Counted from the stretch's first letter, positions 1-10,664 are shown. The stretch: 64,000 nucleotides of DNA from Nitrospinales bacterium (GCA_965262115.1 OZ253496.1:736001-800000); one strand, 5' to 3'. Notes: a model not told the origin generated them from the letters alone. Numbers and translations: made by a program.

Positions 1-370
1 AAAGGGCAGCATCTGTAGCCAATTCTGCGTTTGAAAATGAAGCATCTTGGAGTATTTGTCGAATCTCATCCAGTTTCAATTTAATCTCAGAAAAACATTC
101 CTTAATCCATTCTACTTCTTTTACATCCTTAGTTTCTTCTACAGACCTTACATAAGCAATGAAGTCCCCTTTCCTGAAATATAAGCACTAAAGTAACTTA
201 CCAATTTCTCTCATCTCCACAAGCTCTTTAAGGATTTTTATTCGGGCTCGTTGTCCATGATAATGGAGTTGAGGTTTTAATATAAGATCAACAAGCTTTT
301 CAGGAAGTTTTAGTAGGAAATCGCTAGTTTCCCGAATCTCTTTGAGTAAATTTGCAAAGTCTTCAAGCAT
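1..370 (-). pseudogene. Hypothetical protein with an in-frame TAG, running off the window edge
   Basis: ORF 188..370 stops at TAG (188-190) but the same frame stays open to base 1 (CLYFRKGDFIAYVRSVEETKDVKEVEWIKECFSEIKLKLDEIRQILQ...). AT-rich. Confidence 0.4.
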
Positions 371-459
371 GATTCCTATCTCTTCTCGTGGAGCAGTAAA
401 AAGCTATTTCTTTTTGAGCCAGCGTCACGCTGGCTATTTACCCCTTGTATGTTGTTCAT

Positions 460-666
460 AAGGGGAATTTGTAGTAGTTGTACCTGTGAGCCCTGTGGGA
501 AGCCGGTTTTGTGTTTTCCACAAGGCTCACAGGGTTTGATTCAGGGCACAATAGATCGTTTACCCCTTGGGCTTTTAAGCCCGTCCCGAAGCGCAGATCG
601 TTGTGTCCTATTTTGATTAACCCGAACAGTTGCCTGGGCCACTGAGCCCGCATCGGCAAGGCTGGG
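460..666 (+). ncRNA. IS110 bridge RNA (5' hairpin, target-binding loop, donor-binding loop); ends approximate
   Basis: TTTACCCCT (559-567) equals the left target. CCCGAAG (585-591) is the reverse complement of the right target. ACAGTTGC (626-633) equals the left donor. CAAG (657-660) is the reverse complement of core plus right donor. Each guide pair flanks an internal hairpin. Confidence 0.85.
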
Positions 667-676
667 AGACCAAATT

Positions 677-1627
677 ATGAATCAGAAACCCCATTTTATT
701 GGCATCGATATTTCTAAACTCCATCTGGATGTTGCTGACAGCATGACTCAAGAAACCTGGCAAACCGCTAACAATGAGGAAGGGATTGCTGGTTTGGTCG
801 AGAGTTTATCCGCCTTAAATCCTCCATTGATCGTTTTGGAAGCCACAGGCGGCTTAGAGATCCCGTTGGCTTCGGCCCTGGTTGCGGGTCGACTGCCAGT
901 AGCCGTGGTCAACCCACGGCAAGTTCGTGATTTTGCCAAAGCCACCGGGAAACTGGCAAAAACCGATGTCATTGATTCTCTTGTGCTGGCCCATTTTGCC
1001 AGGGCCGTACGTCCTGAGGTCAGGAAAATCAAAGACGAAGAATCTCTTGAACTCTCAGCTCTAGTGACACGCCGTCGCCAGTTGATCGAGATGCTGACCA
1101 AAGAAAAAACCCGTCTAAAACAAGCTCCAAAATGGATATGTAAAGACATTAAGGAGCATATCGAATCTCTTAAAAAACGCTTGCGAAAAATCGATGGCGA
1201 CCTTTCCAGAACCATCAAAAACAGTTCTGCCTGGCGTGAGCACGACCAGATTATACAAAGTGTTCCCGGTGCCGGTCCCGTTCTGGCTGTCAACCTCTTG
1301 GCCGGGGTTTCGGAACTTGGAGTTCTTAATCAGAAGCAAATCGCCGCCCTCATCGGTCTCGCTCCCCTCAATCGGGACAGCGGAAAGTTCCGGGGCCGCC
1401 GGTGTATCTGGGGCGGTCGCGCCAATGTGCGTGCCGCTTTATACATGGCCGCCGTCACTGCCATGCAGCATAATCCCGTGATTCGTACCTTTTACACACG
1501 CCTCATCGAAAAGGGCAAACCCTTTAAAGTTGCCATTACCGCATGCATGAGAAAGTTATTAACGATCATCAATACCATGATCAAAACAAAAACACTCTGG
1601 AATGAAAATCTCATTGCCAGCACTTGA
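677..1627 (+). CDS. IS110 family transposase/recombinase
   Basis: DEDD RuvC-like motifs GIDISK, VLEATG, KTDVID; C-terminal domain with GLAP..RDSGK..GGR..VRAALYM. Confidence 0.97.
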   Translation: MNQKPHFIGIDISKLHLDVADSMTQETWQTANNEEGIAGLVESLSALNPPLIVLEATGGLEIPLASALVAGRLPVAVVNPRQVRDFAKATGKLAKTDVIDSLVLAHFARAVRPEVRKIKDEESLELSALVTRRRQLIEMLTKEKTRLKQAPKWICKDIKEHIESLKKRLRKIDGDLSRTIKNSSAWREHDQIIQSVPGAGPVLAVNLLAGVSELGVLNQKQIAALIGLAPLNRDSGKFRGRRCIWGGRANVRAALYMAAVTAMQHNPVIRTFYTRLIEKGKPFKVAITACMRKLLTIINTMIKTKTLWNENLIAST

Positions 1628-1629
1628 CA
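1624..1629 (+). promoter_or_regulatory. -35 box of the IS110 circle-junction promoter
   Basis: On circularisation TTGACA (1624-1629) lies exactly 17 bp from TATGTT (448-453), upstream of the bridge RNA. Confidence 0.8.
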
Positions 1630-1644
1630 TTTAACACAGTTGCT

Positions 1645-1718
1645 TCGGGGCATGAAGTACCCGTGCCGGGCATAAAGATTAATGAAGAGGCCATCACATC
1701 TGAGGAAGAATATCACGG
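1645..1718 (+). repeat. Host repeat module B, right part, split by IS110
   Basis: CGGGGCATGAAGTACCCGTGCCGGGCAT...ATCAC...GAAGAATATCACG closely matches the reverse complement of 42296-42372 and resembles 19295-19360. Confidence 0.8.
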
Positions 1719-3914
1719 CTATTTGCCACCCCCGCCAGGGGGTTTCTGGATGCCGATTTGCTGAAAGATATTCCCCATCACACCCATGAAGTTGGCCTGC
1801 TCCTGCTCCAGTATCTGGGCGTTCTTTTTTTCCTGATTAAAAATATTCAGGCGAATCTCCTGCGGCCTTTCCAAAAGTTTGTTCAGGGCCGTGCCGGTTT
1901 GCACCGGGGCGTGGCAGGTGGTGTTCTGGCAAAGATAAACAGTCGGCTCGCCCTTTTCTGCGACCTTGCCTGCAGCAAGCGGCAACAAGTCGCCAGTCGT
2001 TTCGCTTTCATTCCACAGGACAACTTTATTGGGACGGTAATCGGTGTGCAGGACTTTCAACATTTCATCGAAGGATGCATGATCCCGAGATCCGGCAAAG
2101 ACAACCTCTGTCGGCGGAAGATCCGATGCGCTCATTGCCGATAACAGCCCAGTAAAACCTGCCGGACTTCTCTCCATCATGGCGCGAAAAGCATTTAAAG
2201 TTTCTTCTGTTTTACGGATATAAGATTCCTCGCCTGTGAGCCGCCCCAGTTTCAACAGAGCCTGGGCCGCCACCGCGTTAGCAGATGGCAGTGCCTCATC
2301 GGCAGGATTTTTTAACGGGGAAATCAGGGATTCCCCTGAACGACCGGCGAGAAAGAACCCGCCCTCCCCTTCATCCCAGAACTCTGCAATCATGGCGTCT
2401 GCCAGTTCCCGCGCTCGCACGACCCACCGGCTGTCGAGCCCCGCCTCGTAAATAGCGATCAGTCCTTCAAGAAAATAGGCGTAGTCATCAAGACAACCGT
2501 TGATCTTACTTTGGCCATCTTTATAAACGCGCAACAATTTTCCAGCCTGCCATTGTTTGGACCAGATAAACTCGGCGCAACGAGAAGCCGATTCCAGATA
2601 ACTCGAATCGCCCAGCACCGAAGAGCCATGCGCGAGAGCCGTGATCATGAGTCCATTCCAAGCGGTGATAATTTTTTCATCGCGTTCCGGTTTCGGTCTT
2701 TTCTCACGTGCTTGAAAAAGGGTTTCCTTTGCCTTTTTCAAAATATGGTCCGCCTCAAAAATGGGGATGCTTTCGGCTTCGGCCAATTGTTCAACCCGCT
2801 CGCTGATATGCAGGACATTACGTCCATCAAGATGCCCACGGGGAACTAAGCCATAAGCCCGGGCAAAAACCTTGGCGTGTTTGGGTCCCAACAGGTTCAG
2901 GACCTCTTTCAATTCCCAGGTGTACCAAGTGCCTTCCTTACCTTCCGAATCTGCGTCTTGGCTGGCGTAAAAGGCACCCTCATCCGACAACATTTCACGC
3001 AAAAGCCAGCCAAACGTTTCTCTTGCGGTGACCTGATAAATGTCCTGCTTGGTGGCCTGAAATATATCAAGAAAAAGTTTTGCCAACAGCCCATTGTCGT
3101 AAAGCATTTTTTCAAAATGGGGAACCCGCCACTTACGGTCGGTCGAATAACGGTGAAAACCGCCGCCCAACTGGTCGAACAATCCTCCTTCCGCCATGGC
3201 CGTCAAGCTCTTGTCGAGAATATTGAGGGCGTCACCTGTCTGGGCCCAATGCCGCAACAAAAGGGTGTAGTGCGTGGGCTCCGGAAATTTCATGCCCGAG
3301 CCAAACCCGCCATGATCCTCATCAAAACGGTCCAACAAAATGTCCACAGCTCCTCGAATCATCTCATCGTTGGGAACTCCCTGCGCCTTGCCAGCCCGGT
3401 TCTGTTGGGAAATCTTTTGCAGGATATTTTGTGACCGGGTTTCAAGTTGGTCTTTATCGCCGGTGAACAAGTCGTGCGCTTGTTGCAGGACTTCGGCAAA
3501 CCCGGGGCGGTTATATTTAGCGAAGGGAGGGTAATAGGTTCCGCCCAAATAGGGTTTCTGATCGGCAGTGAGAAACATGCTGAGCGGCCAGCCACCGTGA
3601 CCGGTCAGTTCAACCAGAGCTTTCATGTATAAAGCATCCACATCTGGTCGCTCTTCTCGATCCACCTTGATGCTGATAAACTTCTCATTCATGATTTTCG
3701 CGATATCTTCATTTTCAAAAGATTCATGGGCCATGACATGGCACCAGTGGCAGGCGGAGTACCCAATACTGAGGAAGATGGGTTTATTTTCTGCCTTGGC
3801 TTTGTCCAAGGCTTCCGGCCCCCAGGGGTACCATTCAACTGGATTGCTGGCGTGCTGTAGTAAATAGGGACTGGTTTCGTTTTTTAAACTATTGAAAATT
3901 TCTGAATCGGCCAC
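1719..3914 (-). CDS. Thioredoxin-domain protein, YyaL/SSP411 (DUF255) family
   Basis: [50 protein letters not shown]. Confidence 0.93.
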   Translation of the reverse strand: MADSEIFNSLKNETSPYLLQHASNPVEWYPWGPEALDKAKAENKPIFLSIGYSACHWCHVMAHESFENEDIAKIMNEKFISIKVDREERPDVDALYMKALVELTGHGGWPLSMFLTADQKPYLGGTYYPPFAKYNRPGFAEVLQQAHDLFTGDKDQLETRSQNILQKISQQNRAGKAQGVPNDEMIRGAVDILLDRFDEDHGGFGSGMKFPEPTHYTLLLRHWAQTGDALNILDKSLTAMAEGGLFDQLGGGFHRYSTDRKWRVPHFEKMLYDNGLLAKLFLDIFQATKQDIYQVTARETFGWLLREMLSDEGAFYASQDADSEGKEGTWYTWELKEVLNLLGPKHAKVFARAYGLVPRGHLDGRNVLHISERVEQLAEAESIPIFEADHILKKAKETLFQAREKRPKPERDEKIITAWNGLMITALAHGSSVLGDSSYLESASRCAEFIWSKQWQAGKLLRVYKDGQSKINGCLDDYAYFLEGLIAIYEAGLDSRWVVRARELADAMIAEFWDEGEGGFFLAGRSGESLISPLKNPADEALPSANAVAAQALLKLGRLTGEESYIRKTEETLNAFRAMMERSPAGFTGLLSAMSASDLPPTEVVFAGSRDHASFDEMLKVLHTDYRPNKVVLWNESETTGDLLPLAAGKVAEKGEPTVYLCQNTTCHAPVQTGTALNKLLERPQEIRLNIFNQEKKNAQILEQEQANFMGVMGNIFQQIGIQKPPGGGGK

Positions 3915-3950
3915 AGCAAAAACACCTTTCTAATACCGGCGATGCCGCCG

Positions 3951-4008
3951 GGGGCAGTGAGCAATTGGTTTATATAACTGGAAAGAGTAGTCTCGGCTTA
4001 ACGAGCCA
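3951..4008 (+). repeat. Host repeat module C
   Basis: GGGCAGTGAGCAATTG...AAAGAGTAGTCTCGGCTTAACGAGCC; similar to the reverse complements of 10490-10547 and 11462-11510, and to 44696-44745. Confidence 0.65.
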
Positions 4009-4099
4009 AATAGCATTGCCTCCACGACTAGTGGAAGGATACAAGAAAAGCAAGCAGGAACAAACGAGAAAACAGGAAAAATGATGGGGGAGGGGTCGT

Positions 4100-5017
4100 C
4101 TATTTTTTTACCAGTCCATGCCGGTACTGATGATAGAAGTCGCGAACACTTTCATATTCATCGAGAGCGCTGTCTTCTAACTGCTTTTTGTCATCAACGA
4201 TGAATGAAGCGTCGTTGACATTTTTCTCAGTAGCAATACCGACACTGGCTGCGGTGCTGGGAGCAAAGTAAAAGGTGGGACTCATGAAATAATCCGCTGC
4301 CCTTCCGACAATGTTTCGGGCTGTAGAAGGTCCGAAAAGCGGCAGGACGATATAGGGACCTGTGGGAATACCGTGGTAACCCATGGCTTGGTCAAAATCT
4401 TCATTAACATCATCAATTTTATATTCTTCGTCGGCCACATCGGCTATTCCGCCAATTCCGAATGTAGTGTTGATCAGGGTTCGCAAAATAACCCGGCCGA
4501 ACTTCTCAAAATCCAACTGAATCAAACTGCTGACAAGCTTGATGGGGGCCATGGCATTGGAAAAAACATTCTTAATACCTATCCGAAGGTTCTCATGCAC
4601 CGTGTCCCGGTAACCCCTGACCACCGGCTCCAAGACATTATCGTAAATAGTTTCATTTACGCCAAACATCCAGCGATTATAGCCTTCAAGAGGGTCTGTC
4701 AAGATAGGGATACCTTTTTCATTCCCTGCAAAAGGATCTTCCAGGTCTTCATAGACTTCCGGGTCCTGAGAGGACCATACAGTTCCCTGAGCAGTTTCAA
4801 CAGGTAATGAAGCACTCCGGAGAATACTCTTTTCAAGTTTTATGGTTACCTCTGAGGTTTGTACGAAAAAATCGTTGCCCACATCGGCAACAAAATTCGG
4901 CATTCGGGACTCATTAGCCGTGACCCCGGCCCATGAAAAAGAGGAAAACAGAGAAAACAAGAATAAGCCAGTGCACAGAAAGCTCCTTCCTGGTTTTATA
5001 AATTCCTTGACCCGCAT
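4100..5017 (-). CDS. mlaA: VacJ/MlaA family lipid-asymmetry protein
   Basis: DPLEGYNRWMF, INTTFGIGG, EDFDQAMG, GPYIVLPLFGPST. Confidence 0.9.
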   Translation of the reverse strand: MRVKEFIKPGRSFLCTGLFLFSLFSSFSWAGVTANESRMPNFVADVGNDFFVQTSEVTIKLEKSILRSASLPVETAQGTVWSSQDPEVYEDLEDPFAGNEKGIPILTDPLEGYNRWMFGVNETIYDNVLEPVVRGYRDTVHENLRIGIKNVFSNAMAPIKLVSSLIQLDFEKFGRVILRTLINTTFGIGGIADVADEEYKIDDVNEDFDQAMGYHGIPTGPYIVLPLFGPSTARNIVGRAADYFMSPTFYFAPSTAASVGIATEKNVNDASFIVDDKKQLEDSALDEYESVRDFYHQYRHGLVKK

Positions 5018-5118
5018 ATCGTGTGAAACCTGAAATTGTGGGAACTTCTGTTTATAAAAATGGCAAGCCGCTACCTACTATTCAGAGACCTTTGCGTAAG
5101 TCGATAAAGCAGAAAAGC

Positions 5119-5232
5119 GAGATGCTTCGACATACCCCTCCGGGGCAAGAAGGTAAAGGTCGAGTATCACTAGCTCAGCATGACAATAAAAGGCTGTTTT
5201 GTCATTCTGAGGAACAACGTGACGAAGAATCT
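5119..5232. repeat. Inverted pair of GTCATTCTGA...GAAGAATCT-type palindromic repeats, one copy containing a module-B piece
   Basis: GAGATGCTTCGAC...CTCAGCATGACA followed by TGTCATTCTGAGG...GAAGAATCT; TACCCCTCCGGGGCA at 5133-5147. Same arrangement at 14344-14420. Confidence 0.6.
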
Positions 5233-5400
5233 AAGGCTATGCAAAGCTCTCTCACTAGCAACTCACACATTAAACGCCAACTCACAAAAATTCAACCCGT
5301 ATTTTCATAAGTTTGCAAATTTGACACAAATCCCATCATACAGGAAAATTTGCTTTCCCCGTGCCAATTATTGATTAGTCGGTCTAAAACTAGAAACATT

Positions 5401-6135
5401 TCAAGGTTTTTGAGCAGGTTCTGCAAAAACCCTGGATAATCGGTCTACAGAACTCTGTTGCAGGGAAACATTATCGGCACGAGCTTTATGGACTATTTCC
5501 CAAGCACGCTCATGGTTCTGTTGTTTGTATAAAACGTCAATCATGATTTCATAAGCCTGACTGTTAAACCGGTTCAACACCAAGCTCTCTTCCAGTTTGG
5601 CAACAGCTTCCTCCAACTTTTCCAAGGCACTCAGGGATGCCCCCCAGTAGGCATAAGCGTTACTGTGTTCAGGGTTGATCTCCAACACTATCCGGTAATG
5701 ACTAATGGCATCATCGAATTTTTTATCCATTGCCAGTGTCAGCCCCCAATACAGATGGGCCTTCTCATCGGTGGGATCCTTTTTTGCGGCAAGAATAAAA
5801 TGGTCGATAGCTTCCGCCCTCTTATCCAGCTTAACCAGGGAAATCCCCCACCAAGTCTGTATTTTGGCATGATCTGGATTTCTTTCGCCGGCTTTTCGAG
5901 CTATTTCCACAGCTTCCTGGTATTTACCCAGTGCGTTCAGCTCACGAACTAATTTGATCGGATCTATTTGAATCGTTTTCTTATCTATTTCCTTTCGTTT
6001 TTCAACCGCTACCCGGGATGCTGATTCTGCCTGATCGCGGGCTTCATCCATCTCGCCTTTGGCGGCAAGCACCAAAAAGCCACCAACAATGGTGACAATA
6101 CAAAAGTACCACAGAGCTTTAATTTTTCCGGGCAT
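5401..6135 (-). CDS. Tetratricopeptide repeat protein with N-terminal membrane anchor
   Basis: Repeated TPR units (WG..L...A); hydrophobic N-terminus. Confidence 0.85.
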   Translation of the reverse strand: MPGKIKALWYFCIVTIVGGFLVLAAKGEMDEARDQAESASRVAVEKRKEIDKKTIQIDPIKLVRELNALGKYQEAVEIARKAGERNPDHAKIQTWWGISLVKLDKRAEAIDHFILAAKKDPTDEKAHLYWGLTLAMDKKFDDAISHYRIVLEINPEHSNAYAYWGASLSALEKLEEAVAKLEESLVLNRFNSQAYEIMIDVLYKQQNHERAWEIVHKARADNVSLQQSSVDRLSRVFAEPAQKP

Positions 6136-6223
6136 TGGCCTTCAATTCTGGTTACTGGGAAATTTTTCCGGCAGGGTCGTGGACCAAGAGGATAATTCGA
6201 CCCCGAGTATACCAGTTTTCCGT

Positions 6224-9200
6224 TTAAAGTTTATTTAATATTTTTTCCGCACCAGGCTGAAGGTTCTCATAACCCGGCCGCAATGGAGCCAGCTTCAAAA
6301 ACGTCTGTAAATGCTGTTTGGCCAATCTGGGATTCCAGCCTTGATACTGGACTCCCAGATAATAATGCGCCGGTGGAAAAGTCGGATCCCATTCTAATGA
6401 TTTTTTAAACTCTTGAATGGCCCTTTTAGGTTCCTTTTTAAAAGCATACGCCAACCCAAGATACAGGCTGACTTCCTGATCCCCCCCATACCACGTTAAC
6501 GTATCTCGCAAAACCTCGACAGCTTTGTCGGGTTGCCCGGAAAATATATGGAGTCGGGCCAGACCGGTCGAGCCAAACACATAAAATGGATTGATCTCAA
6601 GTGTTCTCCGATAGGCAGACTCGGCCTGATCCATCAACTTGAGTTCAAGAAAAATATTCGCCATATTGTAATGGGTCATCACATGTTCGGGATACGATTC
6701 CAGAATCTTCTGGTAGCTTTTAAGAGCACCACTGATGTCGCCAACATTGAACGCCTCCATAGCCTGGTCCAAAAGCCTCTCCAGCCAGGCCTTCTTCTTG
6801 ATATCTTCAATCTGGCTCTCAGACCTTTCGAGTTTTACAAGCTTTTTCACCACCTCTTTCCGAACACCAGCATCGGTTCCAGAAAATGTCACAAACTCCG
6901 GCTCTAGTTTTATAAAGGGGGTCAACTGCCTGACCAAAACCGCCCACTCATCTTTATATACATATTTTGGAGCGTTGAACTCGAGCAGGGAATTATCGTC
7001 GGTATGCAAGGGCGCCGAGGCACTGAACTCCAGCAATTTTTCCCGCGACATAATCATCAGGCTCAAAAGGTCCGGGACATTATTGATCCCGATCCGGCGC
7101 AAATCGCGTCCCACGACTTCGTTCGACAAATATTGACGGGTTTTTTCATAAGACAGGCCGTATTCCTTTTCAGACCCAATCAGCAGGTAATCGTCCCCGG
7201 CTATGGACTCCCACATACTCACAAAAGGAAATTCTTCGCTGAAGGACCGGATAATGGATTTAAAACTATCAGGTGACATATTGGTATGAACCCAGATGCA
7301 GGCCACCCCGCCCGGATTCAACCGCTTCTTCAGCAATTCGAAAAAGTTCACGGTGAATAAAGCTCCCACTCCCGAAATCCAGGGATTGGAAGGTTCAGAG
7401 ATAATCACGTCATAAGTATCACCTGACAGGGCTATATGATTGCGACCATCCTCGAGCTTCAGAACCACTCTCTTATCATCCAAAGCGTGATGATTGAAGG
7501 GATCAAAAAAGCGCGAACCCTCAATGACCGAAGGGGAAATTTCGACAAGCTTGATCTCTTTAACGGGAAACTGCTCCACCGCCCCCAAGGTAATCCCGCT
7601 ACCCTGCCCAATCACCAGAGCCGATTGGGGGTCGGGATGGAACAGCATGGGAAGATAGCCCGAAAGCAATTGCGTTCTCATATCAAGAGCCAGAGAGGCA
7701 TCGATCTTTCCATTCACACGCAGGAAAATATTCCCGGATACGGAGAGCTCGGTGGTCACCGTGGTATGCATCCCTTCTTTAAAGAAGAGGATTTTATTTT
7801 TCTTCAACTCGGCTTCTTTAAGGTCCGCAATTCGGTAAGGCATAAAGGAGCCACTGGAAATAACAGATTTGTCCCAGGGGTTGATCGATTGTGCTGCCAA
7901 TATGGAAAACATCAAAACTGCAGGCAGGGCATAGATCTTCACGCTAAAGCTGAATCGGGCCCCAAAGGCAAGTATCGCTATTCCCAGCAGAACATTCAGA
8001 AACACCCCGCTTAGGAGTGTGGTCTGTAGCCCCAACCCCGGTATCAAAATGAACCCTGCTACGAAGGACCCGACAATCGCACCGATTGTGTTGCAGGCAT
8101 AGGCCCGGCCGACATGGCGACCCAGGGTTTCCAGCTTTCGCGTCATCAGTTTGATGACCAGAGGAAACTGGGCTCCCATAAAAAAGGTCGGAACAAAAAT
8201 TAAGGCAAAAATGATCCCGAAATTTGCCAGTTGAACAGAATCAAACTGCAACCCCCAGTTTTCATAAATCCAACGATTGGCAAAAGGGATATGACCAAAC
8301 AACGGGATAATTGAAAGTGAAAATATTCCAATTATTATTTGAGTTATGCCATATATCCTAATGTTATCGCTAAACACAGAAAGGAGTCGGGAAAAGGTCG
8401 CCGTCCCCAAAGCCAGTCCCAATATAAAGACAGTCAGGATCAAGCTGAAGGCATAAACGGAGGAACCCAGCAAAAGCGACAAAATTCGGTTCCAGGCGAC
8501 CTGATAAACCAGAGCCACCATGCCCGAAAGCCCGAAACTCAAGAGAATTAATTTTTCCCTTTTATCCAAAGGCGGGAGAGAGTGCTGCGGTTCCTTGTGG
8601 TCTTTTTCTCTTAGCGGGGGTCGAAAGACCAGAAAAATAACAGCAGATATGGAGAGGTTCAACAGGGCCGCCATCCAGATGGTAGACTGGACCCCCCAAA
8701 GCCGCATGAAAATAAACGCCGAGGCCCAGGCTCCAAAAACCGCACCAAAGGTATTTATGGAATACAAGGTGCCCACATCTTTTCCGATAAGGGCCTCATC
8801 CTTTGAAACAAATTTGCTGAGCACCGGCAGGGTCGCGCCCATGAACGTGGCGGGAATGATTAAAATGGCGACACAAACCAGAAAGCGGGCCAGGCTGGCC
8901 TGGGTATAAGAATCTCCCAAATTGAGATAGATCCATTTGAAGACCGGAAAAGCCACATCAATCAGGCTGGGAATGAGAAGACAATACAAACCGATTCCCG
9001 CTTCCAGAAAGGCATAAGCGGTTAAGGGATTGAACCTCCTGTCAATCATTTTGCCCCCGGCATAACTACCCAGGGCCAGCCCCCCCATGAACGCGGTCAA
9101 GACAGTGGAAATGGAATAGTGAGTGTTGCCCATTACCAGAGTGAGCAAACGCGTCCACACCACTTCATAAATCAGACCGGTCGCGCCGGAAACGAAGAAA

Positions 9201-9292
9201 AACAGAAAAATCCAGATTCGGGGCGGAGTGCCTCCGCTGGCCAGCGTGACGCTGGACCCAAAGTGCAATATCTTTTTACCGCTAGCCCACAT
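6224..9292 (-). CDS. Fused membrane/spermidine-synthase-like protein with C-terminal TPRs
   Basis: Two multi-TM repeats (SGATGLIYEVVW, NTFGAVFG), LVIGQGSGIT, EDGRNH..YDVIISEP, LHTDDNSLLEF, then TPRs. Confidence 0.9.
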   Translation of the reverse strand: MWASGKKILHFGSSVTLASGGTPPRIWIFLFFFVSGATGLIYEVVWTRLLTLVMGNTHYSISTVLTAFMGGLALGSYAGGKMIDRRFNPLTAYAFLEAGIGLYCLLIPSLIDVAFPVFKWIYLNLGDSYTQASLARFLVCVAILIIPATFMGATLPVLSKFVSKDEALIGKDVGTLYSINTFGAVFGAWASAFIFMRLWGVQSTIWMAALLNLSISAVIFLVFRPPLREKDHKEPQHSLPPLDKREKLILLSFGLSGMVALVYQVAWNRILSLLLGSSVYAFSLILTVFILGLALGTATFSRLLSVFSDNIRIYGITQIIIGIFSLSIIPLFGHIPFANRWIYENWGLQFDSVQLANFGIIFALIFVPTFFMGAQFPLVIKLMTRKLETLGRHVGRAYACNTIGAIVGSFVAGFILIPGLGLQTTLLSGVFLNVLLGIAILAFGARFSFSVKIYALPAVLMFSILAAQSINPWDKSVISSGSFMPYRIADLKEAELKKNKILFFKEGMHTTVTTELSVSGNIFLRVNGKIDASLALDMRTQLLSGYLPMLFHPDPQSALVIGQGSGITLGAVEQFPVKEIKLVEISPSVIEGSRFFDPFNHHALDDKRVVLKLEDGRNHIALSGDTYDVIISEPSNPWISGVGALFTVNFFELLKKRLNPGGVACIWVHTNMSPDSFKSIIRSFSEEFPFVSMWESIAGDDYLLIGSEKEYGLSYEKTRQYLSNEVVGRDLRRIGINNVPDLLSLMIMSREKLLEFSASAPLHTDDNSLLEFNAPKYVYKDEWAVLVRQLTPFIKLEPEFVTFSGTDAGVRKEVVKKLVKLERSESQIEDIKKKAWLERLLDQAMEAFNVGDISGALKSYQKILESYPEHVMTHYNMANIFLELKLMDQAESAYRRTLEINPFYVFGSTGLARLHIFSGQPDKAVEVLRDTLTWYGGDQEVSLYLGLAYAFKKEPKRAIQEFKKSLEWDPTFPPAHYYLGVQYQGWNPRLAKQHLQTFLKLAPLRPGYENLQPGAEKILNKL

Positions 9293-9441
9293 TTTGCATG
9301 AAAACTTGCTTGAAGGACAAGAGTCGAGGTGAAGGTGGTTTAAGGGTGCCTTGTAAACGCACAGAAATACTCATGCAATATCTTTTTATCGCTGGCAACG
9401 ATGCTCTCAGCTAAGTAGGCCATTGCTATCTGCTTCCCACG

Positions 9442-10332
9442 CTAGTGGGCTTTTGAACGGCCACAACGAAAACCCAGAATGCCATCCTTTCTTCCGGGGG
9501 AGGCAGCGAAACGTTTGGAGGTACGGATATCCACACTTCGGGCATCCCACGATCCGCCACGAAATACGCGGTTTTTTTTGTTTTCAGGGCCAGTGGGATT
9601 CATCATGGGTGCAGTTTTATAATAAAACTGGTCATAGAAATCATCGACCCACTCCGAAACGTTGCCCGCCATATCATAAATTCCATAAACGCTACGTCCC
9701 ATAGGATACTTTCCTACCGGACCCATATAGGAGTATCCATCACCAGTGCCAGCGAAGTTAGCGCGCTTGGGCAGGACTTTGTTGCCCCAGGGATATTTCA
9801 GTCCGTGAGTGCCTCGCGCCGCTTTTTCCCACTCCGCTTCCGTCAAAAGCCGCTTACTGGCCCAGGTGCAGTAGTTGACCGCATCGTGCCAGGAAACCCC
9901 GACGACCGCATGACTGGGAACCTTCATCACCTCACTGTCCCCTTGGAAAAACGGAACCGAAGGTTCCACATAATTAGCCAACTTGCGATACTTGTTGTAC
10001 GCCTCCACGCTCACCTCAAACTTATCCACATAAAAAGCATCGAGATAAATTTCCTGCATAGGTTTTTCGTCAAAGCCTCCGGAATCTGACCCGCGGGAGA
10101 AAATACCTTCCGGCACTAAAACCATTTCTCGTCCGTCCTCCCCAACAAGGGTTTCATAGATACTAAAATCCCGGTTGTCAGCCACTTCCACATCGTTGGC
10201 TTTTTTGGATATTTGTTGTACTCTTTCATCGTGGTCAATAGATTTTTTTATTTCCCAAACGATGACCCCCAAAAATATAACGGTGATCGCGAAACAACCT
10301 ATAATCGCAATCATTAGATTCTTGTCACGCAT
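9442..10332 (-). CDS. Formylglycine-generating enzyme (SUMF1/FGE-sulfatase) family protein
   Basis: RLLTEAEWEKAARG, YPWG, YDMAGNVSEW, RGGSW, GFRC. Confidence 0.92.
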   Translation of the reverse strand: MRDKNLMIAIIGCFAITVIFLGVIVWEIKKSIDHDERVQQISKKANDVEVADNRDFSIYETLVGEDGREMVLVPEGIFSRGSDSGGFDEKPMQEIYLDAFYVDKFEVSVEAYNKYRKLANYVEPSVPFFQGDSEVMKVPSHAVVGVSWHDAVNYCTWASKRLLTEAEWEKAARGTHGLKYPWGNKVLPKRANFAGTGDGYSYMGPVGKYPMGRSVYGIYDMAGNVSEWVDDFYDQFYYKTAPMMNPTGPENKKNRVFRGGSWDARSVDIRTSKRFAASPGRKDGILGFRCGRSKAH

Positions 10333-10420
10333 GTTTTTTGATCCCGGGAATATAAAGCGATAAATTTTTCAAAGAGATGATTATAATTTAAACAGTGATT
10401 AAAGCAACGTTATTTTCCCT

Positions 10421-10565
10421 ACCCTCTAGCGAGGGAGGCTGTGATATCCCCTTCCATAAATTTCATGCCCCGGAGGGGTAAATGGGCAAGGGCTCGTTTT
10501 GCCGAGACAACTCTTTGCTGGCCAGAAAGAGCAATTGCTCATTGGCCACACGCCGAGTGGGCCGA
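10421..10565 (-). repeat. Composite host repeat (modules B, C, D) containing an empty near-match of the IS110 target
   Basis: Reverse complement of 10462-10483 is ATTTACCCCTCCGGGGCATGAA, 21/22 identical to the reconstructed pre-insertion site. ACCCTCTAGCGAGGGAGGC resembles the reverse complement of 42431-42448. Confidence 0.75.
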
Positions 10566-10664
10566 GAAAAATATTTGCCCGCATGATAAAGCTATTGCAA
10601 GTTACCTGCGGAGGTACTCCGCCCCTTACCCGGAAGTTTTCTTAGCCATAAGGTCGTTACAACC

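Larger units (their letters stand above)
444..1644 (+). mobile_element. Complete IS110-family (IS621-like) insertion sequence
   Basis: CT core at both junctions (444-445, 1643-1644). Rejoined ends give donor ACAGTTG-CT-TGTAT; rejoined flanks give target TTTACCC-CT-TCGGG. Long non-coding left end, very short right end, no terminal inverted repeats. Confidence 0.9.
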
